From contig OX597819.1 of assembly GCA_951406725.2 (NCBI GenBank), positions 104,470,001 to 104,534,000 of the forward strand: a DNA stretch of 64,000 nucleotides, read 5' to 3'. Source of the DNA: Octopus vulgaris (taxonomy: Eukaryota). A model generated the notes under the pieces. The model was not told the origin of the DNA, did not search any database, and was given only the letters and a program-made list of their open reading frames with translations. How positions within the stretch are numbered: position 1 is the stretch's first letter; each line of letters begins with the position of its first letter. The position numbers and the translations under genes are program-made. Below, one piece after another: positions 43,199-56,405 of this stretch.

Positions 43199-43383
43199 CT
43201 AACACGAAGCAAATTTTTTACAAAATTTTTACTAAAATGAAAATACAACTTTCTATTATTGTTGTTTCATATATTTTGTATTCTTTCAACGTTTTCTTTT
43301 TCTTTTTACGTGTCATTTATATTTACATTGTTTACCATTTTTTGTTGATATATATATCTATATGTGTGTGCGTATGTGTGTAT

Positions 43384-43467
<84 letters not shown>

Positions 43468-43903
43468 TTCTTGTGTATTTCCGTTATTTTTCACTTTACC
43501 AATTCTTCACTGAAGAAAGATCAACTCGTTTGGTTTCCAATTAAGAACAAATTACTTTATAAAATTCTTGACTAAAAGACTTTTCTGATGAAAGTTTAAT
43601 TAAAGATGTGTTCACATGATTTTGACAGCTTGCTAATTGTTCCACTGCAAATTAGTCAAATTAACTAATTGTTCAAAAAGACAACTTGGAAAATTGCGTT
43701 AAGTTTTCGGATTCTGAGTCTGCAAGATGCCATAGGTGTTCACCGATTCTTTCGATTCTCGAAGCAGTGACAGCCACAGTATATCCACTTCTTTCACTCT
43801 ATTTCTCTCTCTTTTTCTCTGAGATCCTTTATTTTCTTCTTCTTAATTCTCTATCTCACTTCCTGTCTCTGTCTTTCTCTTTCTCTCTCCCCTCTCTCTC
43901 TAC

Positions 43904-43934
<31 letters not shown>

Positions 43935-43939
43935 CATAC

Positions 43940-43970
<31 letters not shown>

Positions 43971-44082
43971 CATACATATATATATGTGTAAGTGTGTATG
44001 CATATATATATATATGTGTCTGTGTGTGTGTGCATGTATGTATGTGTATCTGTATGTATATATATATATATATATATATATC

Positions 44083-44147
<65 letters not shown>

Positions 44148-45768
44148 CATACATACACATATATATATATCCGCTCATTTGCTCTCTTCTCTCTCCCTCC
44201 TGCTCTCTCCTTATCTATTTCGTCACCTCCTCCTCCTCCTCCTCCTCCATCATCATCATCACTTGTCCTTTCATCTCCTATATTAGTTTTCATCATCTAT
44301 TGCAATCAATCTCATCTAGTTTTTTTTTATATATATAATCAATCGCCTTTCATTCATTCTTTCTTTCTTTCTGTTTTTCTTTATTTCTTTCTTCCTTTTC
44401 TTTCTTTTTCTCGTTTTCTGACACTTTCTCATGTTTCCTATCCTTCTTTTTCTTTTCCTTCTCTTCCTCACCCTTTCACTCTCCTTCTATCTTATTATAA
44501 TTTACCTGACAAACATGTCCGCATTGACAAAGTTTATATTAATTTACAAGACCGAACAGCAGTTGTTCCTGGTGACGTTCACAAATACAAACAAATCATT
44601 TTAGCTTATTTAATTATGTTAAATTTTCGTTTTCAACCTCTTATTAACGACATCTTTTCCTAACCCCATCCCTACAAAACACAAGTGTGACCTCCACCAG
44701 AGTACAGCTCACATATCTTAGAACAAACTGCACAACAGTAAACTCTCAAACATTCTAGACTTTATCCGGATGATTTCCAAAGTTTTACGCATCGACAAAC
44801 AATAACTTTCGTATTACTCACATATGGTATGCTCTCTCTCTCCCCTTCTTTTCCCCTCTCTCTCTCTCTCTGATTGCTCCCTCTGTCTGCTTTTCTCTTT
44901 CTCTCTGCTTACTCCCTCTCCGTCTGCTTCTCTCTCTCTCTCTCTCTGTTTCTATCTCCCTTCTCTCTAATTTAAGCGAAGAATTGGCTGAGCCGTTATT
45001 GAGTCGGATAGCATGCTTCACTGTTTTTGTTTCGATTCTCTGTTATATCAGTTCAAATTCTGCCATAGACAATTTGTTACTTTATCCTCTCCAGGCCGGA
45101 GAAAAAAAAAAACAAAAACAAACAGAAATGCTAACAATCCAGGGCGGTGGATCGGTAGAAATGTTAACAACATCGGGCTGAATTGCTTCCTGATATTTGG
45201 TTTATCTTTTTTCATTCCCAGTTCAAATCTTGCCAAAGTTAGCTTCCTTTTATGACCTTCGGGCTCCGTAGGAAATGGTATCGATCCATAACAATGGATT
45301 GGCAGAACTATATGAACAGTGGACTGGATGCCTTGTGGCATTTGTTCCGGATTTTTACGTTCAGAGTTCAAATCCCCCATCATGGCATACATGGGTTGTA
45401 GACTTAATCACATTACCCGGTTTAAGGCCACTACATTGTAGTAACTCTAAGGAAGAGTTTCCTCTGTTGCAATAATTCGAGTCAGGTTTTCAGTTTGAGT
45501 TTACCTTAATGCCTTCCTCTCACGACAGTCCTCTAACGGGGTATGAACACTGCCTTCCCTCTTGACCAAATACTCAAACACCCCATCCAACCATCCATTC
45601 GTCCCTCCTTCAACTTGTAAATAAACTGAATCAACTCGTAAGTAAATAAAACCTTCGAATCCATCACTGTACACACACGCACACACACACACGCACGCAC
45701 GCATACACACTCATATACACACATGCACATACAACATACACACAGACACACCGACACCGACACACACA

Positions 45769-45880
45769 CATGCCTGGTGTACCCTTATCAGACGGGTAGT
45801 CATGATGGGTATACTGAGCTTCGTATATTTTACCGCAGTGTCACTTTGATGGTATGCACTGCCCTCTCAATAATAATAAT
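45769..45880 (+). mobile_element. Isolated 3' end of Dong family DC with TAA tail
   Basis: Matches ~14155-14261 (cccttatcagacgggtagtcatgatggg..gtcactttgatgg). Confidence 0.8.
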
Positions 45881-48439
45881 TATAAAATTATAACTACGAT
45901 AGCCTTGTTCTGGGGGTTGAGAAAATTAGTACCAGTCAAGTACTGAAGTCGAAGTAATGGACTTGCTCGCTCCCCTCAATATTAAAAACCTTAAATTACA
46001 TTTTTAGAAATCGGAATTATACTTAGATAACCCTTGCGGCACTACAGTGAATCGTCGCGCAGTATTTGAGAGCAATTGATTTAGAACTACCTTTTCGAGT
46101 CGGTCAATCTTCTTTTAAGATATTAAGGTTTTGTTTGGAGAGATTTTTTGCTCATTTCCAGTAAAAATATAAATTTATACACCTCGTATCCCTGGCAGAG
46201 ATGTTATGAGCACCTGCTGTCTCTTTCTCTCAAGAGCTAAATAAGTTTAAGTCAAAGAACCAATTGTGTGTCCACCGTAATCAGATCTTAAGTGAGGTCC
46301 TTTATAGGATTTGTTGTATATTGTCATCATCTATGCCTATTATGTATGAGGTGAGAAAAATATGTCAACGTTACATGTTGCTGATTAGGAGCATCGATTG
46401 AATAACATTCATATAATGTAATATAACACGCTGAGTTTATGGGTGGTTACTGAATATTGTGTTTCTCATACAATGTGAGAATTTCAATAAATGTTGACGT
46501 AAGCTGTCCATTGCAAAATTACTGGGATATCTAATATAATCCTCCAAAATTCGAGGACGTACACTGCTTGAGAAATCACGAGGAGCTGTTATGGACGTCT
46601 TGACATGTGATCGCATTGGCCACCGCCCTGTGAAGATTACATCGATCAGTTTACACCGGACGTCATAGAGAAGAACTCTCACATGGCACGGAAAGTCGAG
46701 ATGGGTGGAAGTTCAGGTTCATGCGTATGTATGCAAATTGGATAATGATGATTGCTGACTTACATCTAGCAGGATAAATAATTTAAATAATTTAAAGAAC
46801 AAAATCTGATTAATTTGTTCTGAGGAAAGAGAAATATAGTTTTTTTGCCAAATCCTCTTATGTAGAATATTTTGTTTATGACAACAAATTCACATCTTAG
46901 CATTTAGAGACTTACAACTTGTCCTAAATGCTTCCTCCTTTCTTCTTTATAAGAAGAAAAACTGGTTGTAACTTCGCAATATGCTTTATATTTTTCGGAA
47001 GTATTAATTACATGTCCTTGAGAAATGGGTTCATTAAGAAAACGGCATTAAATTAATACATGTTTATGTTATTCACCCCAATCATCATACACCGACCAAT
47101 ACTGGGACAAACAATATGTTGAACCGGAAACAAAATCTGTTATCAATTTAAAATTGTACCCATAATGAAAAGAAAAATTATGAGCTTTAATGGTGACTTA
47201 GAAATCCAATAGCTTAAAATTTAAATGAAGATATACATCAGACACCTTTGGCAAATACATTAATAAGCCTAGACATCTTTCGGTCACGTTAGATCACATT
47301 TAAGATTTGTATTCTCACTTGTACATATGACAGTGAAAATATATTAGCTGCTTTTTGTAGTCATCAAACATCAATCCAGCGTATCCAAGCAGCAAAATAT
47401 TAGATGCCACTGTTGCTTTTGCGTTTGCTTACTTGATGTTTTCTTTCGTGTATTGCTTGATTAACTTCCTTGAATCGGAAACTACTAAACCTAGAATATC
47501 CAAATTAACATAACAGTTATGAAGCAAAATAATTAAAATTAAATTCTCTTTTTAATTTAAAATATATTTATTAACAGCTTGTTTGTAAATCCCATAGCTT
47601 AGCTCTGTCAATAAATTATATGATCGCCAAGTTACGAAGTAGACAAATATTGGAATGCAACAGGTGAAGTTATTTGGGCACGTAATACAGCACATTTATA
47701 CTCTGTCTTTAGCAAGTATGGTCATGGATGGAGAAATCCACGGTATAAGATGCATAGAGGGTTGCTTACTAACATTAACGAACTGAAAAGAGATAGGAAA
47801 AGTAAGGCTGTCTGTTGACTGGGTAAGATTGAATAACAACGTTGCATCCATTGCTGTCCATTTATGCCTTTTCTCGCCTATCAGTTTCGATTGACTGACT
47901 AATTGGTAGTGAAAAATGTAGTAAAATGCTAGCAACATCTGTATTTGCACTAGCAATATCTGAGGCTATAATAGTTTGTAGTACAACATAAATTACTATC
48001 CTGAGCTCATATCAAATTAGAATACATAGTAATAACAATTCAAATAATGACTGCATAATTAGATATAATCGTAGTAAAAAAACCCCATCAAACACTGACC
48101 ACCTGCGTGAATATAATAATCGTATAAAATGCAGTAAAATTATGATCATAGGTGTTGATATACAAGTTTTAGTACACGCATTGATGAACTCAGCATGTAT
48201 CTAATTGTAAATAAATTCAAGGACTGACTACATATGCAAAAATAATGAAATTACAGTTATATTATGGTATAATATTCAAAGTTGCTTATACAACATGGAA
48301 AATACGGATATGTCGTGGGATCTAATGAGCTCGAAGTTTCCGGAAAAACCTTAAGACATAAGATTTGTTTTGAAATATTTGTTAAATTTGTTATAAATAG
48401 TTTTAGCTGGTGTTTTCTAGTTCAACAAATTCAGCTAAC

Positions 48440-48505
<66 letters not shown>

Positions 48506-48690
48506 AAAATGGAGAAACAAATTTAGTTTGTTCAACTTACGGATAGTATAATGCTAGAATATTTATTCATTTTACAATTGAGAACATCAAAAGCATACAA
48601 AATATTATAAAAATCAATAGATAAGATGATAATAATACAAATACAGATTTTAAAAGTCATATTATAAATTATTGAAATCCAGAAATTACT

Positions 48691-48826
48691 TCTTACAGCT
48701 GTTTCAGCTTATGGTCAAAAGTGAATCTAATTTTCATTGCCTATAGATGTCAACACACTAGGGTTGTAGGCATTTAAAAAAAATATAATACTTATATGTT
48801 AGAAGAACCATAGGCCTCGTCAGAGA
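48691..48826 (-). ncRNA. Type I hammerhead ribozyme-like motif with canonical core and long stem II loop
   Basis: Minus strand tct-CTGACGA-ggcctatgg..(~93 nt)..ccataagct-GAA-ac agct gt-A-aga. Stem I is tct/aga, stem III is the palindrome acagctgt, and the cleavage triplet is GUA. Confidence 0.6.
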
Positions 48827-48929
48827 TTATAATTAACTTTAAAAATATAACAACAATATTAATATACTAAACATGCTACACGTATTACTTAATATATACA
48901 AATAAACAATAAACAAATATCCAAATATC

Positions 48930-48983
<54 letters not shown>

Positions 48984-49360
48984 CATATAAAAATACATAT
49001 ATACGCACATACACACACACAAGCAAAGCGTACATACTATTCACATGCGCAAAACACATTGTTAAATGAACACCATTTAACAATATGTAACATTGGATAT
49101 ACCATGCGTCGTATACTTATATAAATACATTAGAACGTATATACACTACTATGTTTATCAGTAACAACAATATTATTGCTTTAACGATAATCTTCAACAG
49201 ATCATACATACTATACTAATGTCTACTAACATATCAAAAATTCACGATACAAGGTTCAATATATATATAGTCATACATATACATATATATACATGCGCAT
49301 ACAAATTATATGCGTATAGGTATATAAATCAGTCAATCATAATATAGTTATTACATATAT

Positions 49361-49728
49361 AGGCGCAGGAGTGGCTGTGTGGTAAGTAGCTTGCTTACCA
49401 ACCACATGGTACTGGGTTCAGTCCCACTGCGTGGCACCTTGGGCAAATGTTTTCTACTATAGCCTCGGGCCGACCAGAGCCTTGTGAGTGGATTTGGTAG
49501 ACGGAAACTGAAAGAAGCCCGTCGTATATGTGTGTGCGTGTGTGTGTTTGTTATCTGTGTTTGTTCCCCCACCATCGGTTGACAACTGATGCTGGTGTGT
49601 TCACGTCCCCGTAACTTAGCGGTTCGGCAAAAGAGACCGATAGAATAAGTGCTGGGGTCGATTTGGTCGACTAAAGGCTGTGCTCCATTATGGCCACAGT
49701 CAAATGACTGAAACAAGTAAAAGAGTAA

Positions 49729-49730
<2 letters not shown>
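49361..49730 (+). mobile_element. tRNA-derived SINE, family A
   Basis: aggcgcaggagtggctgtgtggtaag..gggttcagtccc..ccttgggcaa..gaaacaagtaaaagagta. Confidence 0.9.
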
Positions 49731-49770
<40 letters not shown>

Positions 49771-49771
<1 letters not shown>

Positions 49772-49965
49772 GGGAAGCTTTATGAAAATAAACAAAAGAC
49801 GAAGGCAGGTGGAAAACAAACGAACAATTGTATTAGTATGGCGCTCAGGAAATATAAATAAAACAAGTCTTTAACGTTTCGAGCCTACGCTCTTCAACAG
49901 AAAGATACACAGAGAGAGAAAAACACAGAAAGAAGGAGAGAAAAAAAATGCGTGCAGTAGCTAAC
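49771..49965 (-). mobile_element. Penelope-like pseudo-LTR (family P3) with hammerhead-like motif
   Basis: Inverted homolog at ~50695-50880. Motif cttt-CTGTTGA-a-gagcgtaggctc-GAA-acgt-T-aaag. Confidence 0.55.
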
Positions 49966-49972
49966 GAATATA

Positions 49973-50095
49973 TATTGGCCTGCTCGCTTAGCCAGCGGGG
50001 TGGCGTCATTCGAAGGCTAAAACAATACGAACGCATTGTAACCAGCGATGTGTAACTACATCTGATGGACTGGTCGGTCACGTGATCACGTGATA
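49973..50095 (+). mobile_element. Probable LINE 3' tail ending in (CACGTGAT)2
   Basis: GC-richer 120-bp segment ending ggtcggtcacgtgatcacgtgat. Short tandem tails are typical of CR1/L2-like 3' ends (inference). Confidence 0.35.
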
Positions 50096-50104
50096 TATAT
50101 ATAG

Positions 50105-50530
50105 TGTAAAAAATAAAATATATGCATATATACAAACATATATGTACGTACCGACATCTACATGTATATATACATGCATATATAAATACGTACAGGACAC
50201 CACAAAGAGACGTAAAACTCAACAGAAACGAAAACGGAAAAGCCATTTTGTTACAACAGAAGGACAGAGACGTGGAACAGGACGAGAACGAAAACGGGAA
50301 AAACATTATTTACAACAGAAAAACAAGGTACAGGACATGCTACACAAGGAAAAATCCCCTTCATCAGCTGTTACTAGTAGACTTAGCGTGTTTCGAAGGC
50401 AAGACAGGACACGACTCGTCAAAACTAAGCCTTCCTGCGAGAGAATTAAAATAGAATAACCTCGCAGAGGGGTAAAACAAGCACGAAAAAAATGTAACAC
50501 AAAAAGGGATGTAACAATAGAACTGCACAA
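50105..50530 (-). mobile_element. Family P2 repeat, second copy
   Basis: Reverse-complement homolog of 30290-30710. Confidence 0.65.
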
Positions 50531-50694
50531 TAAAATACAAGATAAAAATACAAAATTAAAAATACATGTACAAGAAAATACAAAACGAGAAATAAAATAC
50601 CATACGAGAAATCAAAATAAATATATATATATACTTTATTATCTCCTCTTCTTCCTAGATCTCCTGTGTGACCCCTCTATCCGGCAATTGCCAT

Positions 50695-50880
50695 GATCGA
50701 TCGCTAGCCACTACACAGTCTTTATTTTCTCTCCTTGTTTCTTTCGGTGTTCCTTTCTGTGAAAGAGCGTAGGCTCGAAACGTTAAAAACTTTTTCACTT
50801 CCCGAGCGTTAAACTAATACATCTGTTTGTTGTCTACACCACCTGTCTTCGTCTTTTGTTTTTTGTGAATTCTCCTTATA
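50695..50880 (+). mobile_element. Penelope-like pseudo-LTR (family P3), second copy
   Basis: ctttctgtgaaagagcgtaggctcgaaacgttaaa..ctaataca..ccacctgtcttcgtcttttgttt. Confidence 0.55.
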
Positions 50881-51179
50881 TTTACTTTAAGATTGAAACA
50901 GGATCTTGTACACGGTTAACCAAAAGCTTAATTCATAATATTTCTTTTGCTCAACTACAGCCCATATTTTATTTTTCGGAGTTTAAAATGTGGTAATAGC
51001 GTCTTTTGGCGTCTATTTTTCTAGCGCGTTGAGAGGCTTATAGCCAATCCCTTTTTATAATAATGTATATGATTATTAAAATATTTGTAAAATTTACCTA
51101 TAAGGTTTTTATTTCCGCGCTGACCCCCTGGTAAAATCATTCATGATTTTTACCCTTTATTACAATTGATATAATTCGA

Positions 51180-51725
51180 TAAAGATAGTTATGGCCGCTC
51201 TCTGGGGTTACTCAGGAATTCACGTCCATAAAGCGCTTAGCTTTGCAGCGTCTCTTCAGACTTAAATTGCCGGTGGCCTATAACCTCTCTTCAAAGTAGA
51301 GGAGAAAAGACTATATGGAAGATCTTAGAAAAATCGGGTCCATACATCAATGGGAACAAGCGCTGCAAGCTGTGCATAGCTGAACGGGCGAGAATATTAA
51401 AGAATTCCTGGGCCCGGGGTACATTGTAAATTTCAGGATGGAAGATTTCGGAGCGTGCTTAGACTTCAGGAGATTCCTACGGAAGTTCTGAGACCCAGAA
51501 ACCGACCGGGTCGAAAACAGATAGCGGTCTAAGGGAGACAATACTTTCCCCTTAACCCTTCTTTGTTTGTGTGTTCAACAACTAGTCACAAGGTCTTTTC
51601 TATCTCCACTTTGAAGAGAGGTTGTAGCCAGTATGGAATTAGGAACTGAAGAGACGCTGCAAATCTAGGCGCTTTGTGGACGGGAAAATCTGGGTAACCT
51701 CATAAACCGGCCATAATTATCTTTA
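51180..51725 (+). mobile_element. 5'-truncated Penelope-like element with inverted terminal copies
   Basis: Diverged inverted repeats at 51180-51311 and 51593-51725. The spacer encodes IWKILEKSGPYINGNKRCKLCIAE.., then VNFRMEDFGACLDFRRFL* after a frameshift. This resembles the W.I..Y..CxLCxxE..LNxRxE..C C-terminus of some PLE GIY-YIG proteins. Confidence 0.65.
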
Positions 51726-52270
51726 ATTTCTCTACTACCCTATAACTTAGAGAGTGCTTCTCTTCCGTATTTATGATTTACTGACGATATATATGCACAC
51801 ACACACACACACACACACACAAAGGAGTATTATTACCATTATTAATGATAACGGTAATGTGGCTAGCAAGTTTACACCTTTATAGGCAAAATATAAACTA
51901 AATTTAGATTTAGTAGGGTATTTAAATACCACTTGCTATAATCGGAGCCATCGCCCCAAAACCACCAGTAACTCACCTTAATATAATCATTATCACTAGC
52001 CACCTTATTATTTTCATAAATAACGGTAATAATACTTCTTTATTTAAATTTATACTGGCTCACAATAGATTTGTTTTAAATGAGGGCAGCGATATCAAAC
52101 TTACTCATACACCAAATGGGTCAACAGCCACCACAAAAGGAAATACACGAATGGTGATATGAGATGCCACCATCGTGAAGAAATCAGTCAAAGAAGAATC
52201 ATACGTAAAAGTTCAACATCACAGTGCTGCTCCAGCATGACGGCAGCCGCATGACTGAAACGAATAAAAG

Positions 52271-52322
<52 letters not shown>

Positions 52323-53001
52323 CAGAAAGTGAAAGTGAGGGTTATATATTAATGTATGGGAATTTATGTACAAGTGCAATGTGTATATGTGTGATGTACA
52401 ATGTAACATTACGTATCATGACGTGTGTCTTTTTCATTCGCCCCTCACCTTTATAACAATAATTTTAAAGGGAGAAAGCAACTACATTAGTTTATTATCT
52501 TGGCACATTTGCAATTGCTTAATTCATCGCTATTATGGGTTGGTGTTATTGTTTTGTTGTTGGCATATTGGTGCTGCTACATTAATTGTTGTTCTTGTTG
52601 CTATTGTTGTTTAAGGTGTGTGGCAAGGTTTGAAACGTGTTTTTTTAGGGTTGTAGGGGATGAGTGAATTGGCTTTTTTTTTCTTTTTCTCAGCGTTGTG
52701 AAAAAGACATACATGCAAAGTTAGGTTAACATATACACAAATTTCAGTCATTTAAATTTTTCATTATGGTATTTCAAAATTTATACACTATCCAACACAT
52801 ACATTCATACACACATACTCACACTCATACACACAACCCCCACATGCACTTATACAGACACACTCACATTCAAACACATATATACACTTATATATATATA
52901 TATATATATATATACATACATGCATATGTATGTGTGCGTGCATGTGTGTATATGTATATATGTATATGTGTATATATATATATGTGTGTGTGTATATATA
53001 T

Positions 53002-53078
<77 letters not shown>

Positions 53079-53767
53079 TACATATACACACACATGCATG
53101 TATATATATTGTTAATTTTCTTATTTCCATATTTTTTTCACAAAGAAATTGATAAAAGTAAAATAAATTAAAACTTAAAAACAAATATACACACAAATAA
53201 AAAATATCCATTTAAAATTTTTTCTTCGTTACACACATGCACAAACACACAAACACACATGTATATATATATATATATATATATACATACGTACTCACAC
53301 ACACACTCTTTCAAATCATTTATTTATTTATCTATTATATTTGTACACTTTTTTTTTCATTTTCCCTCTGTATCTCTATTTCTTTCATTACTTCTCCTTC
53401 CCTTCGCAGAAATCTCATTCATTTAAAATTCCCAGCACATATAATTTCATTGAAAACTAAAATTTTATGTATTTATATCTTGAATTTTTGTTGTTATATA
53501 GTTATTTAATTTGTGTTTTAAAATAAATAAATAAATAACTTTTTTTGGTGGGGTTTGTTAAGTTTTTCTTTTCGTTATCTTTTTTTCAAATATATTAAAT
53601 TAATGGAAAAAAGAAATTAAAATAGAACAAAAAAATATGTTAGCTAAATTTGAGACATTCTTTTATGATTTCAAGAAATTACGGAAGAAAATGGATGTTT
53701 GTTTCTGAAGGGAAAAGGCAAGGGAGAAAAAGAGAGAACAAAAACAAACAAACTAATGACTACAAAA

Positions 53768-53801
<34 letters not shown>

Positions 53802-53822
53802 AATAAATAATAATAATAATAA

Positions 53823-53853
<31 letters not shown>

Positions 53854-53877
53854 AAGAAGAAGAAGAAGAAGAAGAAG

Positions 53878-53913
<36 letters not shown>

Positions 53914-54378
53914 AATAATGACCGTGATAGTAACATCAAAACAGATTGTATCAGTAAGAAGAGAAATAACAACAACCCCCAACGAATCGAACAAGGACAT
54001 TCTCAATGAGAATGGCGTCAATGATGACGAATCAGAAAAGTAATGACAATAATGATGAAAAAGAGCAACTAGAATGACAGCTAAATAAACGAGGGAACTT
54101 CTATGTGGTCACTTGATCTGCTAGATATAGCTCCGTTACACCACATCTTCCAACTAAAACAGAAGGACATGTATCAATGGAATTGTTATGCTTGGAATGA
54201 CTTTGATCATGGAGTAGTACAACCTGGTTTGCTGCTAAAGAGCAGCAGTAGCAAATGTAACAACCACAAAAGCCATAAAACATATCAAATAAGAGCAATG
54301 GTAACAACTAAATCGTGAGTTGCCGCACACCAACTTAACTGTGTACATTATTATATTGAGTAACACGGAGGGAGGCAG

Positions 54379-54456
<78 letters not shown>

Positions 54457-54588
54457 ATTGTTACTTGATTTGGAATTATCTCCCTTGTTTGCTGTTTTTA
54501 CATTTCAAACATAAATCAAAAGGAATTTCTATCTATTTATAGATAGAATAACAATAGCTAATCGAGCGTTCTAAAGTTAGGGTCCGAT

Positions 54589-55439
54589 TGGTATGCCAAG
54601 TTCAAAAATGGAAATTTTGACCTCAAAGTCGCACCGCGTACTGGCCGTCCAGTTAAGTTCGATGAAGAGCGATTAAACCAACTTTTGCACGAAAATTCTC
54701 GTCAAACAACAAGGGAACTGGCAGAGAAAATGGAATGCTTCTACACTGCTATAGAGAAGCATCTTCACCCGATGGAAAAGTTCAGAAGCATGGAGCATGG
54801 GTTCCGCATCCTTTGAGTGACAACAAAAATCAACGAACCACAATCTCCGCTGGTTTGCTTGCTCGTCACCGCTTAGCTCATGGACACAAACAATGATTTC
54901 TTTACTGAATCGTAACTGGTGATGAAAAACGGTGCCTGTACATCAATATGAAGCAGCGTAAGGAATGGCTTACCCCCGGTAAACAAGTGACACCGCGCAT
55001 GAAACAAAATCTTCTTCCGCGTAAAACGATGTTGTGCTTATGGTGGGACTGGAAAGGGACTATTCCTTACGAATTGCTTGAACGGAACCAAACGGTTAAC
55101 GCGGAACTCTATGCTCAACAGATGGAACGACTGAACATGGCTATTCAAGAGAAAAGACCTAATCTTCAGCATGGAGTTCTTCAGCTACACGATACCGCCC
55201 GCCCTCATATCACCAATATGACCAAGTAAGACATTCAAACGCATGGCTGGGGAGTGCTGACACACCCGCCGTACTCTCCTGATTTGGCACCAACGGATTT
55301 CCACCTCTTTCGATCTCTTTCAAATGCTATGCGCGGAGTTTCGTTCAATACTGATGCAGAATTGAGAGCTTGGTTGGATCAATTTTTCGAGTCGAAATCG
55401 GGTGATTTCTACCAACGAGGTATTGAAAAATCTTGTTAG
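54589..55439 (+). pseudogene. Decayed mariner DD34D transposase
   Basis: WYAKFKNGNFDL..RTGRP, WVPHPL, IVTGDEK, LHDTARPH and HPPYSPDLAPTDFHLF. There are 34 codons between the second and third Asp. Stops and frameshifts are present and TIRs were not identified. Confidence 0.92.
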
Positions 55440-55536
55440 AAGAGCATAGTGTTATAATCTGATCTCTCAACCCTTTCAATTCTAAAACAACATGTATTTG
55501 TGTACATATACATACATACATACATACATACATACA

Positions 55537-55598
<62 letters not shown>

Positions 55599-55613
55599 TA
55601 TATATATATAGAT

Positions 55614-55654
<41 letters not shown>

Positions 55655-55656
<2 letters not shown>

Positions 55657-55825
55657 CAATTCAAATAAAAACGGACAACATGAGGATGTGCATAAGGAAT
55701 GTATTAGCTAGACGCTCGGTAAAAGAGAAAGTTTGACGTTTCAAGTATAGCTCTTTGCCAGAAAGTAGAAAGGTGAAATTCCAAAGAAGAAAAAGAAATC
55801 GCCAACGGCACAGGTATAGTTATAT
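55655..55825 (-). mobile_element. Degraded P1/P3-like pseudo-LTR
   Basis: tgtattag..gacgctc..gacgtttcaagtatagctctttgccagaaag..aaatcgccaac. Confidence 0.45.
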
Positions 55826-56207
55826 GAACGGTGACCACATAGAAGATATATTGCTAGAAGTACCCGTAGATGCAGAACCTAAATCGTTCTCAAATCATGT
55901 CCTGCAGACTTAGAAAAATGAAATTACATTTGGTAAATATTCCTAGAATGATGGGAGTAACTATGTTCGCCATTGCTTTCATCATAGGTAGCTGAGCCAA
56001 GGGCAAAACAGCAACAACTGTTACCAGCAGTATTATTATACATAGAAGCTTTAGTGGCAGTGCTGTGAGATCGAAACCGAAAATTACATCAGGAATTTTA
56101 TTTCTTTACCACACAGCCGTTTCAGCGACCTTCTAGCTGTCGTTTGTTTTGCGAGTGATGATGATGATGGAGACGATGACGACATCGATGATGATGATGA
56201 TGATGAT

Positions 56208-56373
56208 GATGGCAACTACAACGAGTTGATGTTGATGAACATGATGATAATGACAATGATGATGGCGACGACGACGATACAAGTGATGACAATGACACAG
56301 GTGATGATGATAGATGATGACGATGATGATGATTATGATGATAATGGTGAAGATGATGATGATGATAATGATA

Positions 56374-56405
<32 letters not shown>

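Noticed and set aside
49361-49440. tRNA gene
   Set aside because: A and B boxes are present but continue into a SINE body in all copies, so this is a SINE head.
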